Origin: Bacteroidota bacterium
GTDB taxonomy: Bacteria > Bacteroidota > Rhodothermia > Rhodothermales > JBCCMF01
Assembly (NCBI GenBank): GCA_038747545.1
Contig: JBCDJT010000003.1
Coordinates: forward strand, 15,195-79,194
DNA length: 64,000 nucleotides
Reading direction: 5' to 3'
Part shown: positions 26,557 through 36,042 of the stretch, in pieces
Position numbering within the stretch: position 1 is the first letter of the stretch
Layout: the number at the start of each line of letters is the position of its first letter
Notes under the pieces: generated by a model
What the model was told of the DNA's origin: nothing
The model's database searches: none
Seen by the model: only the letters and a program-made list of their open reading frames with translations
Program-made: the position numbers and the translations under genes

Positions 26557-27087
26557 TCACCTGCGGAAGAGGGTGACAATGAGCGTGATGACGGACGCCG
26601 AGGTAGAGACCGCTGTAAAGGCATTTTGCCAGCGAAAGAGCTCGCGTGTCTCAATGAAGACCGACAACACGTCACCGTCGGCTAGTGGCATATCGGAAGT
26701 GAGTGGCTGAATGGTTTCTTGCATCTCCTGCTCAAACACGACCTGCGTTTCGCCAGAGGCCAGAGGACGACTCAGCACGACATAAATCGTACGGCGTGTT
26801 CGGTTATCCTTTTCCCGAATGATTGGACCACCAGTGTAGGCAAAAAGCTCTCTGAGCGTTGTGCCTTGCTTGATGGTGTAAGAGCCTGGAAACCGAAGGA
26901 GTCCGGTGGCACTCGCGGTAATGGTGAGGTCGGTATCTTCAGTATAGTCGAACACGCCTGCCGTACCATACCGTGACCGCTCAAAGTCGATAAGACCCGG
27001 ATTTTGGGCACTAATGTCAAAAGATAGACTAACGCACATTAGGAGAGCAGTGGCAGAGACTAGCTCTTTGCGAAAAAGATGGAGCAT
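26557..27087 (-). CDS. Small SLBB-like polysaccharide-export-related protein with C-terminal hydrophobic helix
   Basis: Signal peptide. GSYTIKQGTTLRELFAYTGGP ... LADGDVLSVF is SLBB-like. The last ~22 aa are hydrophobic (AVSTSASVITLIVTLF). It lies directly downstream of the Wzc-like gene. Confidence 0.5.
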   Translation of the reverse strand: MLHLFRKELVSATALLMCVSLSFDISAQNPGLIDFERSRYGTAGVFDYTEDTDLTITASATGLLRFPGSYTIKQGTTLRELFAYTGGPIIREKDNRTRRTIYVVLSRPLASGETQVVFEQEMQETIQPLTSDMPLADGDVLSVFIETRELFRWQNAFTAVSTSASVITLIVTLFRR

Positions 27088-27102
27088 TGGTTATTTATGG
27101 TT

Positions 27103-29424
27103 TTATACGGCTTTTTTGTCGCCATAGTAGTCGTAGTACCCGTAGCCATAGCCATACCCGTAGCCGTAGCTTCCGTAGGCTTCCTTAGGGTCAAAGCGGT
27201 TAAGTACAACGCCTGTAGCTTGGACGCCCACACTCAACAGCGCGTCGCGGCTGCCCTGCAGGGAGTGCCACACTGTTTTCTTGGCCGAACAGACGAGCAC
27301 GGTAGCATCGCAGTACGGAGCGAGCAGCAGGGCATCGGTCACGGCAAGCACGGGGGGGGAGTCCAGAATGATGACATCGAACTCTTGCCTGACACGCACC
27401 AGGAAGTCACGCATCTTCCGAGAACCAAGGATCTCGGCGGGATTGGGTACGCTCTTCCCACTGGGCAACATGTACAGGTCCTCGACAGTAGTCTCGAAGG
27501 TCCCCCATGCAATTTGCGACGGATTGAACAAGGCCTCCACCAAGCCGGGCTCACGGGGAAGGCCCAGCACCTTGTGGGCGGTTGAGCGGCGAAGGTCGGC
27601 GTCAATGTAGAGCGTACGGCGGCCAGACTGGGCCATGATGACCGCCAAGTTAGAGGAGATCGACGTCTTGCCCTCGCCAGGGCCAGAACTGGTGACAATA
27701 ATGGTCTGGACAGGCTTATCGGGGCGGCTGAATTGCAGGTTAGTACGCAGACGACGGAACGATTCAGAGGCCGGTGATAAGGGATTGAGCAAAGAGATGA
27801 GTGTGGTGCTGTAACCCCGACCATCAATGGTGACCGTATCCTTGCCCTGGAAGTCAGCCTTGATAATCTTCTCAAGGCTCGGTACCACCCCCATCACGGT
27901 GTAACCTCTTTTGCGAAGATCATCGGGGCGCAAAATGCGATTATCAAGGGTGGAGCGCCCAATCGCTAGTGCTAGGCCGAGTAGGATCCCTAACATGCCA
28001 CCCATGGCTAAGTTGAGCGCTTTACGTGGCCGCACAGGCTGCTCTGGGACAACAGCCTCGTCAATAATACGCACATAGCCCAGCTCACTCTGCTCAGCTA
28101 CCTGGGCTTCTTGGAAGCTCGTGGCAAATTGGAGGAGGATCTCGCGCTTGAACTCCCGGTCTTCCTGCAGGCGCTGGAGTATGAGCTCTTTCTCTGGGAC
28201 TTGGGCTAAGCGGGCCTGCAGGTTATCGAGCTCAGCCTCAAGTACATCGCGGCTTGCCTGCAGGCTACTGAGGGAAATCGTCTCCGTCAACATCTCTCGG
28301 CGAAGCTCTTTGATCACGTCTATCTGACTGCCCTGGCCGCCCATCACATCAATGCGATTGCTCTCGAAGAGGTCTTCCACAAACTGGTCAGAGAGGGCAG
28401 CTACATCAGCCTGAAGTCGTTCTATCTGCTGGATTAGAGCAAGTGTGTCCTCGTCCAATTCTGGGGCGTCACGCAACTGAGGATTGGCAGCATACTTCTG
28501 ATTCAATGTGCTAGTGAGATTTGCAATCTCGCGTTGAAGCTGCTCAATCGTGAGCATGTCCCCATTGGAGATGGAGTTGGAGAGCTCAGGGATAAGCATG
28601 TTGATCTGCCGTTCCAGCCCTGCCTTTGCAGCCTGTGCCCGCACAAACTCGGTTTCGGTGCTGTAGAGCTGTTGGTTGAGCTGCTGGATCTGTTGCAGTA
28701 GGACACCTGCTTCTTGACCGGGCGCGATGACCTGCTGACGATCAAGGAAGTTGACCAAGTCATTTTCGGCAAGGCTAAACTCTTCTCGGAAGTCCTCCAC
28801 AATGTCTTCCAGTTGCTCACGTGCCGCCTGCATGCGTTCCCGGCTGGTCGTACGGTTGTATTCTTCGAACTCAGTTGCGACGGTCGTGGCTATGAACGCC
28901 GCCTCCTCAGGGATAGTACTTGTGGCTACAACCTTGATCAGGTCTACATCGCGACCTAGGGGCGAGACAGCGATATAATTTTTCAGGCGCTCCGCGACAT
29001 CGAGTGTGGTCAAGGCGCGGTCTTCCATGGGCTCAAGGATGGAAAGGACCTGCGGGGTGCCCGGTACCTGCTGCATGGCAAGCAACTCATCGGCAACGGC
29101 GAGCCGGATCTTCCGTGAGCGGATCACTTCGATTTCGTTGCCTACGTTGCTGTTGCCAAGCTCGAGGCCGAGCGCTTCGCTGAGCTGCGGGCCACTGGAG
29201 CCGTCATCGATCAGCATAAGACTCTCGGCTTCATACTCAGGAGCCACGGTAAACGTGTACAGGGCAGTGACCGAGACGACACCTATGAAGGCGGCCAAGA
29301 TGAGCCATTTGCCTTTGAGCAGCATGTCGAGGATCTCGCCTAAGCTGATCTCACCATCGTCGATGGATTGGCTAGTAGGAGGCAACTGGTTTAATTCAGG
29401 GGGTACTGCGTCGAGTCGGGCCAT
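27103..29424 (-). CDS. Polysaccharide co-polymerase / tyrosine autokinase (Wzc/GumC-type, PCP-2a)
   Basis: Wzz-like N-terminus with TM helices and a long coiled-coil periplasmic region. Walker A is VTSSGPGEGKTS. Tyr-rich tail is YGSYGYGYGYGYGYYDYYG. Confidence 0.9.
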   Translation of the reverse strand: MARLDAVPPELNQLPPTSQSIDDGEISLGEILDMLLKGKWLILAAFIGVVSVTALYTFTVAPEYEAESLMLIDDGSSGPQLSEALGLELGNSNVGNEIEVIRSRKIRLAVADELLAMQQVPGTPQVLSILEPMEDRALTTLDVAERLKNYIAVSPLGRDVDLIKVVATSTIPEEAAFIATTVATEFEEYNRTTSRERMQAAREQLEDIVEDFREEFSLAENDLVNFLDRQQVIAPGQEAGVLLQQIQQLNQQLYSTETEFVRAQAAKAGLERQINMLIPELSNSISNGDMLTIEQLQREIANLTSTLNQKYAANPQLRDAPELDEDTLALIQQIERLQADVAALSDQFVEDLFESNRIDVMGGQGSQIDVIKELRREMLTETISLSSLQASRDVLEAELDNLQARLAQVPEKELILQRLQEDREFKREILLQFATSFQEAQVAEQSELGYVRIIDEAVVPEQPVRPRKALNLAMGGMLGILLGLALAIGRSTLDNRILRPDDLRKRGYTVMGVVPSLEKIIKADFQGKDTVTIDGRGYSTTLISLLNPLSPASESFRRLRTNLQFSRPDKPVQTIIVTSSGPGEGKTSISSNLAVIMAQSGRRTLYIDADLRRSTAHKVLGLPREPGLVEALFNPSQIAWGTFETTVEDLYMLPSGKSVPNPAEILGSRKMRDFLVRVRQEFDVIILDSPPVLAVTDALLLAPYCDATVLVCSAKKTVWHSLQGSRDALLSVGVQATGVVLNRFDPKEAYGSYGYGYGYGYGYYDYYGDKKAV

Positions 29425-29658
29425 TCCAGATAGGCGTTGAGGCCACCGAGCGCGGTCAGAAGAGAGCTACGGTAGTCCAGCAATGAACAGTTGACGAATG
29501 ATACTCAGGAGGGGACCCTTTGCGAGACGAATGGTGAAGTTTAACGGCGCAAAGGACACATGCTATATGAAGCAAGCTACGCAAATTTCACGGTCGTCGT
29601 TCACAATATCAACGGTGGGGTGTGATAAAACGACGAGTTTCGCAAGGACGGCGGCTGA

Positions 29659-30294
29659 TCAGTCATCGAGCGTACGGGCAGCGCCAAAGACGCCAAACAA
29701 GACGGTAAACTCAACAAAGGGCGCACGCAGCATGGCATCGGTGATGCCATTGAGGTTAGCGCCCTGTACAAAGCGGTAGCCTGCAGCTACCTCGGCACGC
29801 AGGTTGGGCGTGAAGTTGACCGTGACGTGAGGTGTCAGCTCTGCTACTGAGAAGGACGCCTGCACGTCAACAAACCTAAAGCTTGTAGTGCCGCGGCCGA
29901 GGAGCGTACGCACCCCGGCGTGGAAAATTCGGTCGGTACGGAGCACATAACCCAGCTCTATGCCGCCGTAGCGCAGGTTGAGTGCGCGGAGGGCATTGTC
30001 GACATTGACCTCGGGCGAGGCAAACGCTAGGCTATGGACGCCCGCCCCCAGCGTAACCGCATGCTGGGCGCCCAAACGCATCGATACGCCGCCACGTCCC
30101 CCAAAAAACAACACGGTATCATCGTCGATAGTCGAAAGACGCAGGCTGGGCCCTGCAAACCCCCCGATTGTAGGTTGTGCATGACTGGGTGAGGCGACAG
30201 CCGCGAGTAGGACACAGCCGAGCAGTACAGCGCTTAATGAGGAGGCGGGTAGCTGAGGGACAACGGATTCGGCATGCTCTTGAGGGCAACGCAT
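29659..30294 (-). CDS. Hypothetical secreted protein, possibly a small outer-membrane beta-barrel
   Basis: Signal peptide ending SHAQ. It has alternating-hydrophobicity strands and Gly/aromatic-rich turns. No family recognised. ATG at 30294. Confidence 0.45.
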   Translation of the reverse strand: MRCPQEHAESVVPQLPASSLSAVLLGCVLLAAVASPSHAQPTIGGFAGPSLRLSTIDDDTVLFFGGRGGVSMRLGAQHAVTLGAGVHSLAFASPEVNVDNALRALNLRYGGIELGYVLRTDRIFHAGVRTLLGRGTTSFRFVDVQASFSVAELTPHVTVNFTPNLRAEVAAGYRFVQGANLNGITDAMLRAPFVEFTVLFGVFGAARTLDD

Positions 30295-30586
30295 AGGGGT
30301 AGAGGGTTGACGAGGATGGGTGGCGGTGGAATTACCCCACTTCAGCGGACAATGGTTCGCTTGAATCGGTGATGGATTGATGATACTGCTTTTCGAGTGC
30401 CAGTGGAGTGGCACTTCACGCTGGGGCCGGATGTGGCGCAGCGGGAGGCAGGGCAAACGCCACCCCAGCAGAGGCTGACGGTTAGCAATCCCCGGCACCG
30501 AAGCCCTCACGCTCCGCTTCGACCTATGTAACCGGGTGGACTTCAGCCTAGTGATCGACGGCTTCGCGTAGACGCAGGACCCGCAG

Positions 30587-30866
30587 ATGTGCTACGCGGA
30601 GCCGCCTGGTGATCCGGCTGACCTGACCCCGAGCGGCGGGCCGATCGACTTCGGCGATGTGCCTGCAGGGTACACGCGGCGGCTGGACTACCGCATCGCC
30701 AACCGAGGCGAAGAGGACCTGACGCTCAGCTACGCCTTCGAGAGCGACTGGCCGGAGGTCTACAGCTCTTGCTCAATGAGGAGCCGGTCGATTCCACGGG
30801 CGAAGCGCTGGTGCTGGCCGAGGACGACTCGGTGCGGCTGAGCGGGACAGCACGCTTCCAGGCAGC
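30587..30866 (+). pseudogene. Possible frameshifted remnant of a secreted adhesin-like (choice-of-anchor-D-type) gene
   Basis: One frame reads IDFGDVPAGYTRRLDYRIANRGEEDLTLSYAF. After about 30765 a different frame continues LLNEEPVDSTGEALVLAEDDSVRLSGTARFQ. There is no credible full-length ORF. Confidence 0.3.
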
Positions 30867-32165
30867 TTACGCCACGAGTGGCAAATCGAGCTGTACAAAC
30901 TTGGGGTAGCACAGGTAAGTGCGCTCCTCTTTGGCCGTGAGCGCGTCCATGCCATGCGCATCGGCGGAGACGCTGAGCTCGCGGATGGTGCCGTCGCGGT
31001 CCAGGATGGCGATGGAGTCACGTGAGGCGGCATAGGCGGCGTGCCGCGAGGTGTCGAGGTGGAGGTAGGAGGCGGCATCGTGCCACGCCGTGTCGCGGTG
31101 GCTCAGGCCGCGCTGCACGAGCCCGTCGGCCACGACCTGTTGCCACGCCGCCAGTTGATCGGGCGTCGGTGCTTCGCCGAGGTAGGCCACGCGGAAGAAG
31201 TCGCGCTCGATGAACCGCCGCGACAAGTCGCGCAGCACCGGGTCATCGTGGTGCATCCATTGCTTGATGCTGAACAGCACATCCGAGTCGTCCAGGGTGC
31301 GGTACTGCTCCAGCACATCGTCCCGGTGGATGTCGGCGCCCGTGAGGCGGTGCTCCAGGAAGAACAGGAAGTTGCGGGCGCACCCGTCCAGGCTCGCGCC
31401 GCGCTCCTCGCCCAAGTGCCACCGTACCCGCCGGATGATGGCGCGCAGCAGATGGTCGCCCGCCAGCACGGTTTTGTGGAGGTACACCTGCCAGTACATC
31501 AGCCGCCGCGCCAGCACGAAGTTCTCGACGGCGTAGATGCCCTTGGCCTCGATCACGATCCGCGAGTTCGGCCCGCCCTCCAGCGGGTCCACCCGCATCG
31601 TCTTGATGAGCCGCTGCACGCCGATCGCGCCCTCAGCCACGCCCGCGTAGAACGTGTCGCGGCGCAGGTAGTCCAGCCGGTCCATGTCGAGCTGGCTGGA
31701 GATGAGCTGGTGAAAGAACGGGCGCGCATACGTGCCGTCGAAGATGGCCAGCGCCATGTCGAGCGCGCCGCCAAACCGCGCGTTGAGGTCCACCAGCATG
31801 CGGCGGCTCATGTGCTCGTGGTGGAAGTCGGCAATGAGCTCGTGCTCCAGCGTGTGCGAGAACGGCCCGTGGCCCAGGTCGTGCAGCAGCGCCACCGCCT
31901 GCGCAGCCAACGCCTCCTCGCGGCTGATGGGCGTGCCCTTCTCGGCGAGGTGGTTGACGGCGTCTTGCATGAGCGCCGTTGCGCCTAGCGCGTGCCCGAA
32001 CCGCGTGTGCTCGGCGCCGGGGAAGACGAGGTAGCCCACGCCTAGCTGCCGGATGCGGCGGAGGCGCTGCACCTCGGGCGTTTGGATCAGGTCAAAGATG
32101 AGCTGCCGCGGCACCGAGATGAAGCCGTGGACGGGGTCGGAAAAGATTTTGAAGCGCGGCGCCAC
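30867..32165 (-). CDS. HD-domain phosphohydrolase (COG1078 / SAMHD1-like family)
   Basis: KIFSDPVHGFISV ... QRLRRIRQLG ... HTRFGHALG ... LLHDLGHGPFSH. The start codon at 32163-32165 is GTG. Confidence 0.8.
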   Translation of the reverse strand: MAPRFKIFSDPVHGFISVPRQLIFDLIQTPEVQRLRRIRQLGVGYLVFPGAEHTRFGHALGATALMQDAVNHLAEKGTPISREEALAAQAVALLHDLGHGPFSHTLEHELIADFHHEHMSRRMLVDLNARFGGALDMALAIFDGTYARPFFHQLISSQLDMDRLDYLRRDTFYAGVAEGAIGVQRLIKTMRVDPLEGGPNSRIVIEAKGIYAVENFVLARRLMYWQVYLHKTVLAGDHLLRAIIRRVRWHLGEERGASLDGCARNFLFFLEHRLTGADIHRDDVLEQYRTLDDSDVLFSIKQWMHHDDPVLRDLSRRFIERDFFRVAYLGEAPTPDQLAAWQQVVADGLVQRGLSHRDTAWHDAASYLHLDTSRHAAYAASRDSIAILDRDGTIRELSVSADAHGMDALTAKEERTYLCYPKFVQLDLPLVA

Positions 32166-32199
32166 GGCGTACCTTGTCGGTCAATCAGTTATCCCTGCG

Positions 32200-33651
32200 A
32201 TGAGCGCGCCGCAAGATACTCGAAACCCGTCCGCAAACCCATCGCTAGTGCCCGAGGGGCAGGCGCTGCGCTGCGCAACGATGGTGCCCGCGCCGTTCGA
32301 GGCCGCCGCGCGCTACGCCATCGAGATGCTGCTGCTCCCGCTGCACCTCGCACCGCACTGGGTGGAGGTGACGGATGCCGATCTCGACCTCGCCTACGTC
32401 GTCGAGCCCGAAGCTGCCATCGACGCCACAGTCGTGTTGCGCGGCCAACCTGAGACCTGGGCTTACTTCGCCAAGCACGAGCCGTACTCCGAGGCGCCGC
32501 TCGGCTGGGTAGAGCATGGAGGCGACCGCGCCCCCGTCCTCTTCGCCCAAGCCGACGGCGAGGCGCCCGACTGGGTGGCGTGCGCGTTCTTCTGGCTCGC
32601 GGGCTGGCAGGAGCACGTCATTGCCGCGCGCGATGAGCACGACCGCTTTCCGTACGCGGCCTCGTATCAGGCGCGCTGGGGCACCGTCAGGGTGCCCGTG
32701 GTGGATGTGTACCGGGCGCTCTGGCAGACTGAGCTGGAAGCAGCGGGGTTGCCTGTGCAGCCACGCCAATGGGACGGGCGCGAGTGGGCGCTGGCCTCCA
32801 CGCACGACATCGACTACGTCCGCAAGTGGCGCCCCGGCATCGTCTACCGGGAGAGCGTTGAGTACCTGCTGCTGAATCACCGCGAGGTCTCGCTGCCCGA
32901 GCGGCTGCGCCGGTTCGGGCAGGCCATGCGTATGGCGACCACGCAGCCCGACCCGTGCCGCACCGCGCTGTTTCGGATCGCCGAGGAGGTGAAGCAGCGC
33001 GGCGGTACCGCCACCTACTACCTCAAAGCTGCCGCACGGCACGACCGCGACGTCGGCTACCGCCTGCCGCCGCTCCGTCGCTTCCTGCAGCACCTGCTCG
33101 CCGACGGCTTCGAGGTCGGCCTGCACCCCAGCTACCTCTCGCACACCGACGCCGCCTTCGTCGAGGAAGAGAAAGCTCGGCTAGAAGCGGTGCTTGAGGC
33201 GCCCCTCACATCCATCCGGCAGCACTACCTCCGCTACGACCCCCGCCGCACCCCAGCGATGCAGGCCGCCACAGGCTTCCGCATCGACTCGACGCTGGGC
33301 TTTGCGCGCCACGAAGGCTTCCGGCACGGCACCTGCCAGCCCTTCCGCCTCTTCGATGTAGAACAGATGGCCCCGCTGGACCTGTGGGAGCTGCCGCTGT
33401 GCCTCATGGAGGGCACGCTCTTCGTGCTGCGCGAGTTGTCGGCACCGGATGCGTGGGCGGCCACCAAGCACCTGCTCGAAACCGTGCAGCGCTACCGAGG
33501 CGTAGCCGTCATGCTGTGGCACAACGACCTGTGGGACGACCTCGACTTCCCCGAGTGGGGGCCGCACTTTCTCCGCACGCTGGACTACGCCTGCGACCAA
33601 CGTGCGCGCCTTGAATGTAACGTTCAACTGTTACGGTCGTGGAAAACATAA
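32200..33651 (+). CDS. Polysaccharide deacetylase-like (NodB/CE4-related) protein with extra N-terminal domain
   Basis: THDIDYVRKW ... GGTATYYLK ... GFEVGLHPSY ... IRQHYLRY ... GFRIDSTLGF ... GTCQPF. ATG at 32200; the track start at 32053 overlaps the HD gene. Confidence 0.6.
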   Translation: MSAPQDTRNPSANPSLVPEGQALRCATMVPAPFEAAARYAIEMLLLPLHLAPHWVEVTDADLDLAYVVEPEAAIDATVVLRGQPETWAYFAKHEPYSEAPLGWVEHGGDRAPVLFAQADGEAPDWVACAFFWLAGWQEHVIAARDEHDRFPYAASYQARWGTVRVPVVDVYRALWQTELEAAGLPVQPRQWDGREWALASTHDIDYVRKWRPGIVYRESVEYLLLNHREVSLPERLRRFGQAMRMATTQPDPCRTALFRIAEEVKQRGGTATYYLKAAARHDRDVGYRLPPLRRFLQHLLADGFEVGLHPSYLSHTDAAFVEEEKARLEAVLEAPLTSIRQHYLRYDPRRTPAMQAATGFRIDSTLGFARHEGFRHGTCQPFRLFDVEQMAPLDLWELPLCLMEGTLFVLRELSAPDAWAATKHLLETVQRYRGVAVMLWHNDLWDDLDFPEWGPHFLRTLDYACDQRARLECNVQLLRSWKT

Positions 33652-33748
33652 CGCCGTATTTTTGGGGTCAGCCGAACTGCGGCTTAGACCCCACCCGACG
33701 GTCAGCCCCTCTGTAGTTTCTGGAGCGCCTCACATACCGGTCACCATT

Positions 33749-36028
33749 ATGGCGGCCTCTACTCCCGAGTCAGCTCGCGCCTTCACCGTAGATCGCGACC
33801 TCGACCTCTGCGCGCAAGAGCCCATCCACGTCCCGCAGGCCATCCAGCCCCACGGCGTCCTGCTCGCGTATGACCCCCAGCAGGGGCACATCAGCCGGGC
33901 CAGTGCCAGCTGTGCTACCCATCTGGGCATGCATGCCGATCAACTCCTCGGCCAGCCCCTCGCGGCCCTGAGCCGCCTGCGGCTAACAGACTGGATCGAG
34001 CAGGTGAGCGCCGAGCCGTTCGAGGGGGGGGCGGTGAAGCACCGCGCCCTCCATCTGGACGACCAGCTGTTCGACGTGATGGTACACTGGAGCGGGGAGG
34101 AGGTCGTGGTCGAGTTCGAGCCGATTGACGAGCCCGACGACTGGGCGCACCAGCCGCAGCTGGAGCAGATCCTGACGCGCTTAGAGGCCTGCGACACCAT
34201 CCAGGCCCTGTGCGAGCAGGTGGCGCGCGAGATCCAAGCGCTCACCGGGTTTGCGCGGGCAAAGGTGTATCAGTTCGATGCCGACTGGCACGGGCAGGTG
34301 GTAGCGGAGCAGCGGCGCGAGGACATGCCGTCGTATCTGGGCCTACACTTCCCGGCCTCCGATATCCCCGAACAGGCGCGGCGCCTCTACACCGTCAACC
34401 GCGTGCGTTGCATCGGCGATGCCGCGTATCAGGCTGTGCCTGTGCAGGAGGTAGATGGCCGTGCAGCATTGGACATGAGCCACAGCGCGTTGCGCAGCGT
34501 GTCGCCGGTGCATCTCGAATACCTGCAAAACATGGGCGTAGCCGCGTCGATGTCGGTGTCGGTGCTGCAGGACGGTAAGCTCTGGGGGCTCGTGGCGTGT
34601 CACCATCCCGAGGCGCGGCACGTGCCGTATGAGACGCGCCAGCTGTGTGCGCTCGTCGGGCAGGTGATGGGCTTGCTGCTCCACAACCGCCTGCGGCAGC
34701 GCGACCTGGCGTACCGCGGACGCATCAAAGAGCGGCAGTCGCTGCTGCTGGAGCAGATGATCCGGTCCGAGACGTTTGTGTACGGCCTCGTCGAGGGCCA
34801 GACCACCATGCTCGACCTCTTCGAGGCGTCGGGCGGGTTCATCTACTACGACCAGTCGCTCCACCTCGTGGGCGAGACGCCTACGGAGCCGCAGGTGAAG
34901 GCGCTCTTGGCGTGGCTAGAGCAGCGCATGACGAACACCGTCTTCACCACGGACGCGCTGAGCGTGGAATACCCGGAGGGCGACATTCCACCCGGCACCG
35001 TGAGCGGACTGCTCGCCGTCTCCCTCTCGAAGCTGCAGTCCGCCTACGTAGGCTGGTTCAGGCCCGAGGTGTTGCGCACCGTGCAGTGGGCCGGCATGCC
35101 GCAGAAAGCCGTAGAGGCCAGCGGCGATGGGCGCATGCGCCTGCATCCGCGCAAGTCGTTCGCACGCTGGAAAGAGATCTTGCGCGGACGCTCCACGCCA
35201 TGGCAGCCCAGCGAAGCCGATGCCGCGAAGGCGTTGCGCGCCTCCATCATCGACGTCGTGTTCGTCAAGACTGAACAGCTGCGCCGCCTGAACCATCGGC
35301 TGGAGCGCACCAACGACCAGCTGGAGCGCCGCAACCGCGACCTGCAGGACTTCGCGTTCATCGCCTCGCACGACCTCCAGGAGCCGTTGCGCAAGGTGCG
35401 CGCCTTCTCCGACTTGCTCGACGTCAACTACCGCGACGCCATGGACGGCGAGGGGGCGTTCTTCCTGGGCCGCATCCTCGACGGCGCCACGCGGATGTCT
35501 GACCTGATCTCGGACCTCCTTTCGTACTCGCACATCGCCACGAAGGCACGCCCGTTTGCCTCGGCTGATCTAGCCGTACTGGCTGCAGAGGCGCTGGGCG
35601 AGCACGAGTTCACCGTCCAGCAGACCGGCGCCACGGTCGACATCAAGACGCTGCCCGCTGCCGAAGTCGACGCGAAGCAGATCCAGCGCGTGCTGCGCAA
35701 CTTGCTGGAGAACGCGCTCAAGTTCACGCGCGAGGGCGTGACGCCGCACATCGTCATCGACGGGCACGAGGAAACGGTTGGCGATGAGGTGTGGGTGAGC
35801 GTGACGGTGCGGGACAACGGCATCGGGTTTGCACCGCGGTTCGCCGAGCGCATCTTCAAGCCGTTCGAGCGCCTGCATGCCCGCAGCGCCTACATCGGGA
35901 CGGGGATGGGCCTCGCCATCTGCCGACGCATCGTGGAGCGCCACAGCGGCACGCTCACGGTGACTTCCGAGGAGGGACAAGGCGCCGCCTTTACCATACG
36001 CCTCCCCAAGATCCACCCGGCCGAGTAG
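33749..36028 (+). CDS. bphP: Bacteriophytochrome histidine kinase (PAS-GAF-PHY-HisKA-HATPase)
   Basis: N-terminal LCAQEPIHVPQAIQPHGVLL with Cys codon at 33809-33811. GAF (DIPEQARRLY, LRSVSPVHLEYLQNMGVAASMSVSV). PHY (WAGMPQK, HPRKSF). H-box FIASHDLQEPLRKV. N/G boxes LLENALKF, DNGIGF, GTGMGLAI. Confidence 0.9.
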   Translation: MAASTPESARAFTVDRDLDLCAQEPIHVPQAIQPHGVLLAYDPQQGHISRASASCATHLGMHADQLLGQPLAALSRLRLTDWIEQVSAEPFEGGAVKHRALHLDDQLFDVMVHWSGEEVVVEFEPIDEPDDWAHQPQLEQILTRLEACDTIQALCEQVAREIQALTGFARAKVYQFDADWHGQVVAEQRREDMPSYLGLHFPASDIPEQARRLYTVNRVRCIGDAAYQAVPVQEVDGRAALDMSHSALRSVSPVHLEYLQNMGVAASMSVSVLQDGKLWGLVACHHPEARHVPYETRQLCALVGQVMGLLLHNRLRQRDLAYRGRIKERQSLLLEQMIRSETFVYGLVEGQTTMLDLFEASGGFIYYDQSLHLVGETPTEPQVKALLAWLEQRMTNTVFTTDALSVEYPEGDIPPGTVSGLLAVSLSKLQSAYVGWFRPEVLRTVQWAGMPQKAVEASGDGRMRLHPRKSFARWKEILRGRSTPWQPSEADAAKALRASIIDVVFVKTEQLRRLNHRLERTNDQLERRNRDLQDFAFIASHDLQEPLRKVRAFSDLLDVNYRDAMDGEGAFFLGRILDGATRMSDLISDLLSYSHIATKARPFASADLAVLAAEALGEHEFTVQQTGATVDIKTLPAAEVDAKQIQRVLRNLLENALKFTREGVTPHIVIDGHEETVGDEVWVSVTVRDNGIGFAPRFAERIFKPFERLHARSAYIGTGMGLAICRRIVERHSGTLTVTSEEGQGAAFTIRLPKIHPAE

Positions 36029-36042
36029 GTGCATAGCGGGGG

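Noticed and set aside
27103-27185. Periodic gtagcc/atagcc DNA repeat at the 3' end of the Wzc gene considered as a microsatellite
   Set aside because: It is the coding sequence of the Tyr/Gly-rich autophosphorylation tail (YGYGYGYGYGYY) expected for a BY-kinase. It is not an independent repeat element.
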